From NCBI GenBank assembly GCA_001643675.2, contig LSRY02000027.1, positions 62,001 through 126,000 of the forward strand: DNA of 64,000 bases, given 5' to 3'. Below, piece by piece: positions 27,807-41,062 of this stretch. How positions within the stretch are numbered: position 1 is the first letter of the stretch; the number at the start of each line of letters is the position of its first letter. Source of the stretch: Monocercomonoides exilis PA203. Lineage: Eukaryota; Protista; Preaxostyla. A program made the translations under genes and the position numbers. Below the pieces are notes generated by a model, which saw nothing but the letters and a program-made list of their open reading frames with translations, was not told where the DNA came from and did not search any database.

Positions 27807-28791
27807 ATTTCTTCGTTTTTTCAAAAGAATCAAAAATTTTGATGATCGGTGTTATTCTATTTATCATTGTGTGATTGTTTGATTTTCAAATTCATTGACA
27901 AATGATGTTTTTTCATGATTTCTTGTTGAAAATATGCAATACGTTTCCTTCAAACAAATTGGTTCTTATGTGTGTGATTATTTTTGAAATCATATCTTTT
28001 TTCGGGGTGTTGTTTTTCGAAGATTGTCAGTTTTGAGATGAAATTTTCAGTTCAAAAGAGAAAAAACGTGATAATTGTTTTTTAAAACAAATGGTTTTTC
28101 CGAATCATAGATTGAAATGGATTCAATAGACCTTTATTCTTATCAAATTTTTTTATTGATATTCAAAAAATATTTTTCCACCGAATTTTTTGTATGAAAA
28201 AAAAAATGATTTTAAAAATAATCTCCCATTTTTTAAAAATGAACACTGAAAAGAGAGGAAGCCGTTGTCCAATAATTATTTCAATAATTTGTCTCTGAGA
28301 TCAATTTAAAAAAAAAAGTCTAATGCATTCAACATGAAAATGAATATTTGAAAAACAAAGACTTCAAATGTTAACTATGTGAATACCCCCAAAAAGAAAA
28401 GACTCCAAAAATAATAACTCAGCTTTTGGCAACATTAAACTTGTGTGTCCCTTTTCCTTTTTTTGTTTTAATCTAATATTTTGAAAATAAAATTTCAGTT
28501 AACTATAATTACGAAATTGAGTTATTCTTTTCACAACAATGTCATCTTTTTAATTTTATCAAAATATCTCTTTATTTATTTAACATGAACACATATTTTT
28601 TTCACCACACAAAAAAAGAAAAATGTGTTGCTTTCTAAAAAAATGTGTATTGATGGAAAAAGTTATTCAATATTAACCAAAAATTTCTCACTCCTAAATT
28701 TCATGATATGCTCTTTAAGAAAATTTGATCATTTTGAAAAGAATAACATCGAATAAATATTAATATGGGTGATGTCAATAATGTGTAGGTT

Positions 28792-29823
28792 ATGTGTCAA
28801 AGTCCAAATGAAGTCGAATTACGAACAATTTTTATGAGCTTATTTCAAGACAAGATAAAATTGAAAGAAAATGCGGAAAAAATGTATAAAAACATTGAAA
28901 TTATGTACTCAAGTCCAAAACGATTTTATCACACACTTACACATCTTACAGACATGTTTAAATTTCTTCAAACGCAATCCCAACAAATAGATAATATATT
29001 CATACTTTTTATATCAGTCTTTTATCATGATATTGTATACGAACCAGAAAACAACGATAATGAAGAAAAAAGCGCACTTTTTGCTGAAAACGAACTTGAT
29101 AAAATGGGAATTTCATCAGATATAATTACCAACATCAAAGAATACATTTTAGCTACGAAAAAACACGATTTGCCATCTTCCATCAATGGGTCAGTTGACG
29201 ATCTAAAACTTTTGTTAGATGCGGATCTCAACATCCTCATATCACCAACTCCACAATATCTTGAATATGCATCAAAGATACGACAAGAATACATTTATTA
29301 TTCTCTTAGTGATTATTGTTCAGGAAGAATAAAAGTTTTGTCATCTTTTCTTTCTCGAGAAAGGCTTTTCTATTGTGGGGACACAAAAGTTAAAATGCTA
29401 CGACTAAAAAAGAATGCATCACTTGAACTAGCGGCTCTTTCCTCAACATTTTTATGCTTTCCTCTTCCATCGTTTATGCTTATAGGTCTTGTTTTCCATG
29501 ATACAGAAATTCCAGAATGTATTAGTTTATCAAATTTACATAATCTTATAGAAAAATCGTTTCCATCATCTTCTTGCACTCCACATTTTTCGATCCATCC
29601 AATATTACACGATTTTGAAAAAGACGAATCAAAAGAAAATGAGGTACACATATTTTCATTCAAAGAATTTACCAAAATTCAACTTACAGAAGATGTAATT
29701 TTGAGATTAATAAGTGAGGAATTTAAAAAGGCAAATAAAATTACTATTTTTGCTCTGAATGAATTTAATTGTGATCATAAATCAATAATCGAGGCAATGT
29801 GCGATGTTGTGATTCATGTTTAA
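28792..29823 (+). CDS. HD-superfamily metal-dependent phosphohydrolase (bacterial COG4339-like) with a C-terminal extension; intronless
   Basis: YSSPKRFYHTLTHL, FYHDIVYEP..NEEKSA, ILATKKH, LLDADLNIL and IRQEY..Y..GR..VL..FL motifs. Confidence 0.8.
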   Translation: MCQSPNEVELRTIFMSLFQDKIKLKENAEKMYKNIEIMYSSPKRFYHTLTHLTDMFKFLQTQSQQIDNIFILFISVFYHDIVYEPENNDNEEKSALFAENELDKMGISSDIITNIKEYILATKKHDLPSSINGSVDDLKLLLDADLNILISPTPQYLEYASKIRQEYIYYSLSDYCSGRIKVLSSFLSRERLFYCGDTKVKMLRLKKNASLELAALSSTFLCFPLPSFMLIGLVFHDTEIPECISLSNLHNLIEKSFPSSSCTPHFSIHPILHDFEKDESKENEVHIFSFKEFTKIQLTEDVILRLISEEFKKANKITIFALNEFNCDHKSIIEAMCDVVIHV

Positions 29824-30261
29824 AAGAAATATGATGATTTATGAAAATTTGAGTTAACTTACAATTAAAAATTTTCATTATTATGCAGCTTGATATTTGA
29901 GTGATAAAGTGAAAATCTTTTCCTTCTATTTTTTTTTTTTTTTTTTTTTTTTTAGCTGTTTGAATTCATTTCCATATGAAAAGAATATATATCCAACATT
30001 ATTTATACACAAAATTATAGATGCAATTTAACTAATATTTGTAGAGATAATAATCTCAGATTTCTGAAATATTATGTAAGCTCATAAAATAAAAAGTTTT
30101 CGCATTTTCATATATAATATGGGATATTGGCAATCGGGGAATTATAAATCTTGGAATTTTCTGAAGTTTGATTTTTTCACATTAAATAAAAGAATCCATT
30201 TTATTTTTATGAAAATTACTGTTTTTTGTGTAATAGAAATTCTTTTTCGTCCTTCATCTGC

Positions 30262-31143
30262 ATGGAAAAGATGACAGAAAAACCAATCACCCCTGAAGAA
30301 GAAGATGTTCGTATGCTTCTTGCGTGCCAAGCGCACATTGGATGCAAGAAAATTACAACACACATGACTCCATATGTATACGCCCGTAGCCCAGAGGGTG
30401 TTCACATCTTCAACCCAAAAATGACAATGGAAAAGATCCGTCTTGCTGCTCGCATCATTTGCGGAATTGAGAACCCAGCCGATGTCTGTGTTGTTTCTGG
30501 CAGAAACTATGGTCAACGTGCAGTTCTTAAATTCGCTAAATACACAGGATGCACAGCTCTTGCCACCAGATACACTCCAGGTACCTTCACCAACCAGATC
30601 CAAAAAAGATTTATCGAACCCCGTCTGTTGGTTGTTACAGACCCAATCACAGATCACCAACCAATCATCGAATCTTCTTATGTGAACATCCCCGTTATTG
30701 CAATTTGCGATTCTGATTCTCCATTGCGCTTCATCGATGTTGCAATCCCAGCAAACAACAAGGGAATCAAGCAAATTGGTATCATCTACTGGTTGCTTGC
30801 ACGTGAAGTTCTTCGCATCCGTGGAACCCTTTCATACAAAAAACATTGGAATGTGATGCCTGATCTCTTCTTCTACAGAGAGACAGTTGATAGAAAGAAG
30901 GAAGAAGAAGATGCTGATGAAATCGAGGAAGAGACACCGGCTGTAGCTGAAGGTGCTCACGACAGAAGGAAGGAAGAAATTCCAGAAGAGGAACAGAAGG
31001 CAATCCAGGCAGTTGAGAAAGAGGCTTCAGCTGCTTCTTGGGCTCCAGCTTCAACTGAAGCTGCTGGACAGAGCTGGGCTGATGTTGCAGGTGATGCTCC
31101 AGCTGCTGGTGCTGCTGGATGGGAAGGACCCACATGGGCTTAA
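30262..31143 (+). CDS. RPSA: 40S ribosomal protein SA (uS2)
   Basis: [95 protein letters not shown]. Confidence 0.97.
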   Translation: MEKMTEKPITPEEEDVRMLLACQAHIGCKKITTHMTPYVYARSPEGVHIFNPKMTMEKIRLAARIICGIENPADVCVVSGRNYGQRAVLKFAKYTGCTALATRYTPGTFTNQIQKRFIEPRLLVVTDPITDHQPIIESSYVNIPVIAICDSDSPLRFIDVAIPANNKGIKQIGIIYWLLAREVLRIRGTLSYKKHWNVMPDLFFYRETVDRKKEEEDADEIEEETPAVAEGAHDRRKEEIPEEEQKAIQAVEKEASAASWAPASTEAAGQSWADVAGDAPAAGAAGWEGPTWA

Positions 31144-31454
31144 ACATATGGGTAGACATACGCTCTATTGACAATTTTTTGTCGAGCAACATGATTCTCT
31201 TTATCACTTCTTTGGGGAATCACATTCACAACATTACTGAAAAATTATATCTTATTAAGAATTAGAACAATATTTATGGAAAAATTCAAAAGGAAAAATA
31301 AAGTAAAAAATTAACAGAAAAAGAATCGCTTTCAAAAATTGGTTTATCAAAAAATCAACAATACATCATATTGGAAAACGATTTATTAACACTTCAATTT
31401 ATATGCAAAAGATGTCTAATCGACAACATTTCGTATATGTAAAGAATCAATTTT

Positions 31455-34400
31455 TCAAAAAGGGAATCGAGCGAATGGAGGATACAACAACTGATGTGAA
31501 TTGGCCTGTGAAGAGTAAGAATTGGGCTGCATTAATTGCTGTGGAGGAGGAGAAGCCAAAGGATTGAACATTTGATGCTGTTGATCAACAGGATAGCCCG
31601 AATAAGTCTGCCAGGGTGGAAGCATCGAAATCGAGTATGAGGAGTTGAAAGGCATGGAAGGTTGAGGTGCTGCAACACCAAGCGCAGAAGACATAGCTGG
31701 AGGAGAAGGGAAAATTGGGAGCGGATTTTCAGAAACAGTCTGTGCTAAAGGAACCTGCGAGCTCCGAGGCGATGCAGAAGCTAATGTGGATGATGGAATG
31801 GGATGAAGAGCAGCTGAAAAAGAGATTTGGGGCGATTGAGTTTGCGCTTTTAATGGCAGATGAGGAGCATCATGTGGTGGTTGAGTTGCCAGCCCAGAGG
31901 GCATATTTTGCTGCAGAAGGCCTTTTTTGATTGCTTCTTTTTTTGCGGAAGAATTTTCCGATTTGCCGCCCAGCTCCTTTTCAGTTTCTTCCACCTCCTT
32001 CATCATTTTATCAAGCTCGTCTTTCAAACTTGCCATGTGCTTTTTCAACTCCTCCACTTTTTTCACTTTCTCAATAACCTCCAATGAACGTGAACTTGCA
32101 TCTATTTGAGCCTTTTCTTTTGTAGATTTGTGGTTTTCTTCTCCTTTCTTGTGCTCTTTGTTGTTTGCTTTCGCTTTATATCTCGAGGCTTTTGGATATT
32201 TGATTGGTTCGTTTTGTACTTTCTTTCCATCATTTTCTTTTTCTGAACTGCCAGTGCTCTGCTTTTGCTGAGTTTCACCGTGCTGTGATCTCTTTTGTTC
32301 TTGCTTTTTCTCCTTTTTTTCTGCCTTTTTTTCTGCTTGCTTGGTTTGAAGTGTTTTGTGCAAGGAATGTTGCTTGATTGCTGGATCGATAGTATTTGTC
32401 TGTGATTCCTTGATAAAGCGAGAAGGGATTTCAAAGCTAGTTGTTTGATTTAACAATCTTTGATTCGGAAAAGGCACAGGGTGGTTTTGTGCAGAATGCC
32501 CATTAAAGACATCCGAAGGGCTTTTATCATCAACCACGTTAATGGCTTTTGCTTGAGATAATTCTGGTGACTGCCTTTGAAAGTTATTTTGCAATGATTG
32601 CTGTTGATTTTGATGATTTTTCTGATTAGACAAAATTGAAGGAAGAGATGAAATTTGATTGCTACCAACATCAGGAGTAGAGGTTTGCCTGTAAAGAGAG
32701 GATGATGGTGGGTTGATGCTATGCAAACTCTGAGGGAATTGAGGATAAACAGCGCCTGGAAACGAATCAGCCGGGGAATGTTGCGTGGAAGATAAAACAC
32801 TACTTGCAAAAGGATCTGGCATTTGATGATATGGCTGAAAAGTACTCAGAGAGGTACGTGAAGCCGAAGAGGCGGCAGCATTCGAAATGTTTGGTACAGA
32901 AAAGGATACAGAATTGCTTTGATTACGTTGCATCATCGTAGGTATCGGAGGCACTGGAGGCATTTGAGGTGCAGAAGATGGAGGGAGAGGCAAAAGTGCT
33001 GCATACGCTGGTAAAGATTTCGGAGCTGACGAAGAGTTTTGAATTGGAGAGAATCTTTGAACCGTGGTGGCTTTTTGAACAGGCGGACTTACTGTTTGAG
33101 GGCTTAATGAATGCATTGAACGCAGCCGAGATTGATTTTGACTGAAAATGAGAGAATCGATACTCGAAAGATTTAAATTAGATGCCAACTTTAGATGACG
33201 AAACATTGGCAACATTTTCCGTTTTAAAGCATTCATCCCCAAAGTAGTTGGAGATTGAGTGGTTTGAATGGTTTTGCCTGATGGTGCTTTTGTTTGCTTT
33301 TTGGTGTCCACTGTATTATTTGAAAAAGAAAGTGAAGAACACGAAGAAACAGGATAAATTATTTGCCTATTTTTGATATTTTGAGAAATATCCATCACAT
33401 TTGAATCATTCAACTGCGGCGGAATTTTCAAAGCTAATTTTTGTAGAACTCGAAGAGATTCAGTCTGATTCAGATCAGTCAGAGATGAAAGAGGCTCCAA
33501 TTGATGAATAAGCGATAGACCCAGAAAAGAATGAGGCTCTTCAAAAGGATCTATGATCGATGCATTTGCTTTTGTGTTTGGCCAATCTTTGCTGGAATGT
33601 GCAGATGCATCCAACTCACTTTCGGAAGCAGTGACTTGCTCGGAGTTGATCCATGGCATTGGAGCATACGATGCTGTTTGTTGTGCAATCGAAATCTCAT
33701 CTCTGTTGGCTTTCATTCTTTTGAGTGCCTGCCGAGGATAACCGTCAAACGCATATGAAGATGCAAGAAGATGTGAATTCCTCATTTCTTCTTTTTCAGA
33801 TGTGCTGACCGATTCTTGCATATCTAAATGAAGGTTCTGCTTCTGGTGGAATCCTTCTTTTCCTGCATAATCGTCATTTTTGGAATTCATTTTTTCCAAC
33901 TTTCTTTCTTTTAACTTTCCCCATAACTCTGTAATTGTGCCCGAGCTGTATACTCTCACAAGCTTTTGGCGTTTTGATGCATTTCCTTTCAACATCATTT
34001 TTAGAACTAGTCTCTCAACACGCCACCCAACTGCCGAGTCAGCCACAACAAGCGTCTGTGCGCAAGAAAGATCGAAGTCTGGGCACAATGCTATTGCAGG
34101 CAGAAGCAGAACCGCACCAGCGGCAGAAGCCACAAACCCATCTGCAATCTTCCACTGGTCAACAGCCTTTGTGTGTGTTGGGATGAAAGATGTGCGTATG
34201 CGATGATGAGTGAGGATGGTATTCAAAAGAAAGAGAGGAGATTCAAAAGAAGAAAGCACGATGATTTTTTCTGTTTGGACTTGTCTCACAATCAATTCAA
34301 GGATGAATGAAAGCGGAGACGATAATGGAACAGCATATTTGAGCAAATAAGATGAAAGAGCATGATCAGATAGAAAAGAAGTAAAATTAACTTTATTTGA

Positions 34401-37400
34401 CAGCCTCATTTGTAGCTTAGGTGAGACAATAGTTGTTGAAAACATTGTTGATGGATCATTTTTTTCTGAGCAGTTCAAATTAGAAAGTGTTTGTAGTATT
34501 TTCTCTCTTCGAATGACATCAGCATCAACCGCTTTCAAATTATGGTTGTGGGATGGCGAAGCAATAGACTCAGATGAAGATTGAGCAGTTTCACTTCCAT
34601 TTCTTAATAATGTTGGAGATGAATTCTGTTGGGATGCTGAAAGAGATGAAGATTGCTGATTATTCGAGATGGAAGGTGACTGCAAAGAAAGAAGTGTATT
34701 TGATTGTTTGTTGCTAATTTTTGAAACATATTTTGATATATCAATCCACTTTGAGTTTGCCGCCGCTGAAAGAAGAAGAGCAGTCAGCTGAAGCAACACC
34801 AACGGTACAGAATGAGATGCATCGCAGTTTGTTCCACAAAAGGGGCACTTTATTGAAGAGTCGTGAATGTTTGTTCCCCGCAGAAATAATACTGCCTGAA
34901 AAGAAAACATAGAAAAAGAAGGTTTTCGTATTGCAAATTTCAATTCTTTGGAAGAATGTTCAGAGTTATCCTCTTTTTGAGAAGCAACTGAAGATAAAGC
35001 AGGACTCGTTGAGGACGCTGAAGATACCATTCCATTTCGTTCAGAAGCAGATTCAACAGAGGAAACTGAGCTGTTTGTTGAATTATTCACAGAAAGAGAG
35101 CCTGCTGCTTCTGTTGGCGTGTGCAATAAGTCTTTTCTTTCTGAAGCTTGAGCATTAACAATTGAATTTGCTGATTGAGTTTTGGCAGATGATGAAGCAT
35201 CCACAATACAATGCGATAACAAACAATCACAACACACAACATCAAAACATGGGAGCAGAACAATCAACAAATTAGCATTTGAACAGAAAGGAAGAGAGAG
35301 AATACGTTTTTTACAAACAACACAACTCTTACTGAACAGAAAATGCAAGGATTTCGGAATATTTGTTTCATCCATGTTAAAGATGCCGTCAACAATTGGT
35401 AATTCTTCAATTTCTTCTTCCTTTTCTTCTATTTTTTTGCTTTCAGGTGAATCTTCATCGTTAAATTGTGTCTGTCCATCATCATCAGAATCATTGCTTT
35501 TCTTCATTCTTTTCTTTCCGCCGAATGGCACAACAAAATTATAATCATAATCCGATTCGCCTTTTTGCTCATCGCCTTCATATCTTTCTTTTATTGTTCC
35601 AGTTCTTCTTTCTATTTTGCTCACTTTCTCTAATTCTTCTTCGTAGCTACTGCTTTCTTCGTCTTCTTCGGCTAATCGAATTTTTCTTTTGTGTTGTGAT
35701 GTCATCAATTCATTTGATCGTAATTGATCATCAACATCCAAAGATGCGTCCTTCAGATAATTCAATATGGACATTTGATGCAAAGTTTTGTGTCGCTTTT
35801 TTGAGTTTTGAGTTTCTTCTGAAGATTCATTTTGTTTGTGTTTCTTTTTATTGAATGGTTTTTCTTCCATTGACTTATTTTTCTCATTCTTGAATTTCTT
35901 AGATTTGTTTTTCTTTTGACGCTTTCTTCTTTTTGCATTCTTTTTGCTGTTTTGAGAAATCTCTTCGAATTTCATTCCCTTCACTTCTATTGCATATTTT
36001 GGTTTAACATCTGTCACAATAATTTTCTCTTTCAAATTCATATCTGGATTTTGCTTTCTTCTGTCGGATTGAGTTATCGCACATGCCAAGTCTGAGTGTT
36101 TTCTTTCAACAAGTGCTCTTCCAATCTGCTTTATCTGCTCTTCTCTCTGTTTGTCGAGCGGTTCAATCATTTCACGCATTATGTGTTGTGCATTCTTGCT
36201 TTTCGGTTCAATAATTGGCGGTTGATAATCTTGAGTACCAACAGTCTGCTTGTGCTTTTTTGGTTTTTGGAGTTTGTTGAATTTGACGACGGCTGCAATT
36301 AATTCATCGTCGCTTATCGCAATCACATCGTCGTCAACTGGTGTTTGGACATCTGCTGATCGTAATTCATATGCTTTCTGCACTTCTTCTTGCTCTTCCT
36401 GTTCAGAAGATGATTTCAAAGATGGTGTAGCAGATGCATCAATAGAATCACCCAAACCATCCGAAGATTCGCTATCTGAAGGCTTCTCATTAAAAGGCCG
36501 ATAAACTTTGACTGAAGAAGAAGAAGAGGAAGAGGAAGAGGAATCTGAATCTGAAGATGACCTGTGGAGCGTTCTTGTCGAATTGTTTGAATCGCTTTCA
36601 GAATCATCAGATGAAAGAAAAGGATTTTGAATGAGTCGCTTTCTCATTTTTTTTCTGTGAATGGAAACTTCTTCAGATGAACTTTCAATCGAATCCTCCT
36701 GCTTTTCAATTTCAATTGTGCGCTTGATCGCAATTCTTTTTGCTTTCCTCTCTGGCAACTTCTTCTGGCTGTCAGATTTTGAAGATGCCTTTGTTTTTGC
36801 TGATCTTAGTATTCTATGGAAGTGTTTATTGGCTTTTGATTGCCCAGAGCTGTCTTCCTCATTATCGCTGCTCGAACTGATAACAATCACAGCTTCGTCG
36901 TCCGAAACTTCATTCTGCTTCTTTTTTAGAACAATATCAGATATTTGTGTGCTCGATGCATTTTCCAGCTGACTGTTGCCAAAATCTGATTGAGATTCGT
37001 CAATTCTCAGCTGGCTGATTAGATCGCCCCAATCATTCTGAGAGGAGTTATTAGCTTCTATTGATGACGATGCTTTTTTAGCATTGTCTCTTGTTAAAGT
37101 CAATTCCTGCACTTCGCTTTCAGTTGATTTGGATGCTTTTTTAAATGTTTCGTTTTCTATTCTTGTTTCTTTATTCTCTTCAGAAAGCGTAGTTTGCCTG
37201 CTGCCTGAATGAAATTCTTGCAGATTTGAAAAAAGTGATTTATCATCCAGAAATGAACGATGTTGCGATGTAAGTATTTGCTTTGAACCAAAAGAAGGCT
37301 CAACACACAGGTTTCTTGTGTCCTGTTCATGAATCTGCATTTTATCTTGATTAGCATTTATATTGCGAACGCTTCTCTCTGTGGAAAGATGGGAAATGCG

Positions 37401-39543
37401 TTGACACAACAAATTGTATCTTTTGTCATTTTTTGGAGAGTCAAGATTTATCGACACAGAAGACGGAGAAAGAAAAGAATAAAATTTTTTATCAGTTTCC
37501 ACAAAATGTTCAGAGTATTTGTCGTTTTGATAGCATGACAGTTCAGAAGTTCCATAAATCGACTCCTTTTGAGGAATTACTTTTGAATAAAAGTTCGCAT
37601 CTATGATGTGTCTGCTTTTATCTATTGATATATCCTCACTATAATGTCTTGGAGCTGAAAAAGGATGAATTTCTGAAGATGATGGAGAATTATTCAGCGA
37701 TTGAGGAAATAAAGTGAATGGCGATGAAACAGGACCTGAACTGTCTATTAAAGATGGTAAAGCTTTATTTGATGAATATATTTGCGATTGCTTTGATTTT
37801 GTGCTTTCGGTAAGATGAGCTGCAGAGAAGGCTCCAGGCAAATTCAACTGATCTTTTGAAGGAATGATATTTGGAGGTGTTGTGTAGACAGAATTAAAAA
37901 TTTGAATGTTGTTTGAAGTCTGATTTTTGATTGAAGTTTTTTCAATTTTCTGTTCTGTGTTGTCATTCTTCAAATGAACTGTGGAAGATTCATTTGACGA
38001 TGATTCTGTTTGCTCTTTTCTCATTTCCGTTGCATCATTTCTGTTGCACACAGAAATAGCATCAAGAAGAAACTAGCGCATACATAATAAAGATGAAATA
38101 TTGATAAAAGAAATGTTCAAAAGATTGTAAATAAAAAAATATTAAACATACCAATCGAAAAACGATTGCAAACAGCTTTTGCTGAGAGATGACATCGGTC
38201 ATAAATGAATGTGGTAGAATATGCTCTTTGAATAAAAGATCAACAATCATCAATGGATGCACAGAATGATGCATGAGGAGAAGGCAGAGTGAAAGATAAA
38301 ACAAATCTTTGTCAAAAATTCTATATGATTCTTCTTGTTGGATGAGAGAATAAGATTTGTTCTTATGGATTACATCCGCCAGATGTTTAACCCATGAGGA
38401 AAGCAAGTTCGTTGAAATATTCTCATCCAGAGAAAGCTTAACGCTTACTGTGGAAGAAGTAAAGTTCTGAAAAACGAATGGCGCATTTGCAAGTGGCTGA
38501 TGATGGATAAATGGCATAAGAGAGTTTGAAAGAAGAGACAACGAAGGAAGTGACTGAGCCTTCGTCAAAGTCAGAGGAAACAGCTGAGATCCAAATTCTC
38601 CGTTCAGCACTGTCACATTTCCTTTTAAATAATCAAAAATGAGCTTTCCTTTCAATCTGTTCATAGCAGCTTTTTGTTCTGCTGCTTCAAAAACGTCGGA
38701 CGGACGACTGTTTGGCTTACGATTGATTCTGTTCAAAGATGAAAGACGAGTACAATTCAAAGGTTGTCCCGTAGCGCTTATTGCTTCATACGCTTCTTCA
38801 ACATGATCCCACCCATCCATCATCAGCCATCTGCGCCGAGAAGATATGAATTGAGTCGCAACAAGTGCATCAATCAACAAATGTTTGCTCCTCTTTGCAA
38901 AAATTTCTTCATTTTTAATGGCATAACTCTTCATCGAGAAAGGAAATGTATGTGCTTCATTAACAATCAGCTTTTCTCTCATTGTAAATCCCCAGCTTTT
39001 TTGATTTTGCGTTAAATCAATCTTTAGTTCAGATGCATCGAATATTATTCGCCTCCAATCCCAAATGAAAAGTGGAGAAAGATTTTCAACGTTTAAATCT
39101 TCCTTTTCTTTAATGTTTCGATGTTCATTCAACCATTTCGTAAATTCTTTGAATTTTGCCACAATTTCAGAACAAGTTGAAAAATAATATGGAGCAGAAG
39201 GCTCTTTCACAGTTCGAATCTGATCATTCTTTTGTTGGTTTTCATTTGCCAGTTGCATCAAAAAACACATTTCTGTTTTGTTAATTCCCCTAGCTAGAAG
39301 ATATCTCCTCCATCTTTGAACAGATGACAAGTTAGAAGAAATAACTAAAGTTGAATTTATTGATTTTCGTTTTACTCGGAAGAGTATTTGACGAATCTTT
39401 TCATTATCAATGTTGATATTTATTTCTGGTAAAAGTTCTTGATGATTTTGCTCGATTAATTGGAGATCAGATGCTAAAACATCCGCAAAAACTTTTGTCT
39501 TCTCAAGGAATACGCTATCTGCATATAAACCACAGCTCGACAT
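31455..39543 (-). CDS. Very large degenerate RAD5/RAD16/HLTF-like SNF2-RING protein (probable pseudo-ATPase), 2 exons
   Basis: Exon 1: STLVISSNLSSVQRW, WRRIIFDASEL, RRRWLMMDG. Exon 2: split RING (CVVC..PCFDVVCCDC..CPFC) and a helicase-C-like block (KIIVLSSF..GAVLLLP..FDLSCAQTLVVAD..VRVYSSGTITE). Intron at ~38041-38151. Confidence 0.6.
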
Positions 39544-39825
39544 ATTTTTATTAAAGCTGTCCAATTCGCACTTTTCTATCCAACTTTTTGTTAATTTTTG
39601 ATTAGTCTATATTTTTTGTATAAAAAAATTTTTTGTAATTAAAATTTTTATTATCTTACCAACAAGACTAAAATATACAACAAACATCTTTTCTTACCCA
39701 TTGCATATGAGTAGTGAAGTCTTTTTCATTCAAATGAACATCACTACTTTTGTAATTATTCATCAAAAAGCATTACAAAATATAACAATAAATGATTATG
39801 GTTCACATAAATTGTTTGTTAAACT

Positions 39826-40938
39826 TCAAATTTTCTCAACCTCACAATACCAATTTTCATGATCAAAGCCAGAGCGAATAATTTTTAACATTGAGCTTAA
39901 AGGAGGATATTCCATGCAATTTTCTTTCTGTTTTTTAATATCAAAGCCAATTTCGCAGGAAGGTTGAAACGAAGCACTGATGGAAGATGACTGCTTTGAT
40001 GATGAAAACGAAGTTTCGGGTGTTGAAGATGATATTTGTGGTTCGGAACAAGTTGAAGATGATGAAGCAACATCATTTGATGATTTCTGTGAATCGTGAC
40101 TCTTTTGATCTTCTTTATCTGTAGAACTGGAAAGTGGCAAAAGAGGCTCACTAACTTCTTCTTCTTCATCCTCCCCTCCAAATACATCACCTTTATCACT
40201 TGTTATTAATTCTTCTAATTCCCCTTGTTTAAAAAGATGATAATAACGCTTGACAAATAGTCCTTTCTGTGTTTCTTTCGCATGCTCTGGAACAGGAGCA
40301 TCTGTCTTTTTTTCTGGTTTTAGGTACCAAGGCACATAAGCATCCTGAGAAGGATAAGTCACTTTTTGATGTTCAAATGACCACACAAAAATTAATCCTC
40401 TTCCTCCTCTTCGAAGTATTCGAATCATCTCTCTTATTGCTGCTTTTCTTCTTCGAGGAGTAGAAAAGTGATGTATAACTGCAATTGAAATGAAACCATC
40501 CTTTATAATACAGAAAAAGACAGAAAATTAAACGAAAAAAAAAAAAACAATCCACAAAATAGCCAACCATTGAATTGCTTTTATACGGAAGATGAATATT
40601 ACTACATGTTATGCAATCCATTCCAGTTTGAATGGCTATTTTAAGAAGATTTTCGGAACTGAAAAAGAGAATTTTTGATAAAAACGAAATTTTCACATTA
40701 AGAGAAACAGAAAAAAGTATCCAAACGCATCAGATCCGTGCATAATTACGTTGGGATTAACTGATGTATATTTTCCGTTTCCACATCCAACGTCGGCAAT
40801 GAAAGACCCCTTTGGAAATGAATTAAGAAATTCTGCAACAAGCGGCCATGGCTTGTAGCGAGTCCCACTAAAATGATTGGCAATCAATTCATAAACATCT
40901 TCAACATAACTTTCTTCGAGTTTGATGCTCGTTTGCAT
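39826..40938 (-). CDS. TRM9: tRNA wobble-uridine methyltransferase TRM9 / ALKBH8 methyltransferase-domain homologue
   Basis: LEESYVEDVYELIANHFSGTRYKPWP, ADVGCGNGKY, ISIAVIHHFST..RR..AI.EMIRILRRGG, RYYHLFKQGELE, DHENW. Two introns. Confidence 0.9.
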
Positions 40939-41062
40939 CAATCAATAAAAAATGAAAGAAGGAAAAATTAAGAATGGGCATTACAGAATTATTATTTCAA
41001 AAAACTTACAAAAAAAAATTAAAAAAAAAAATTAAAATTAAAATAAATGAAGTGGTAATTAT

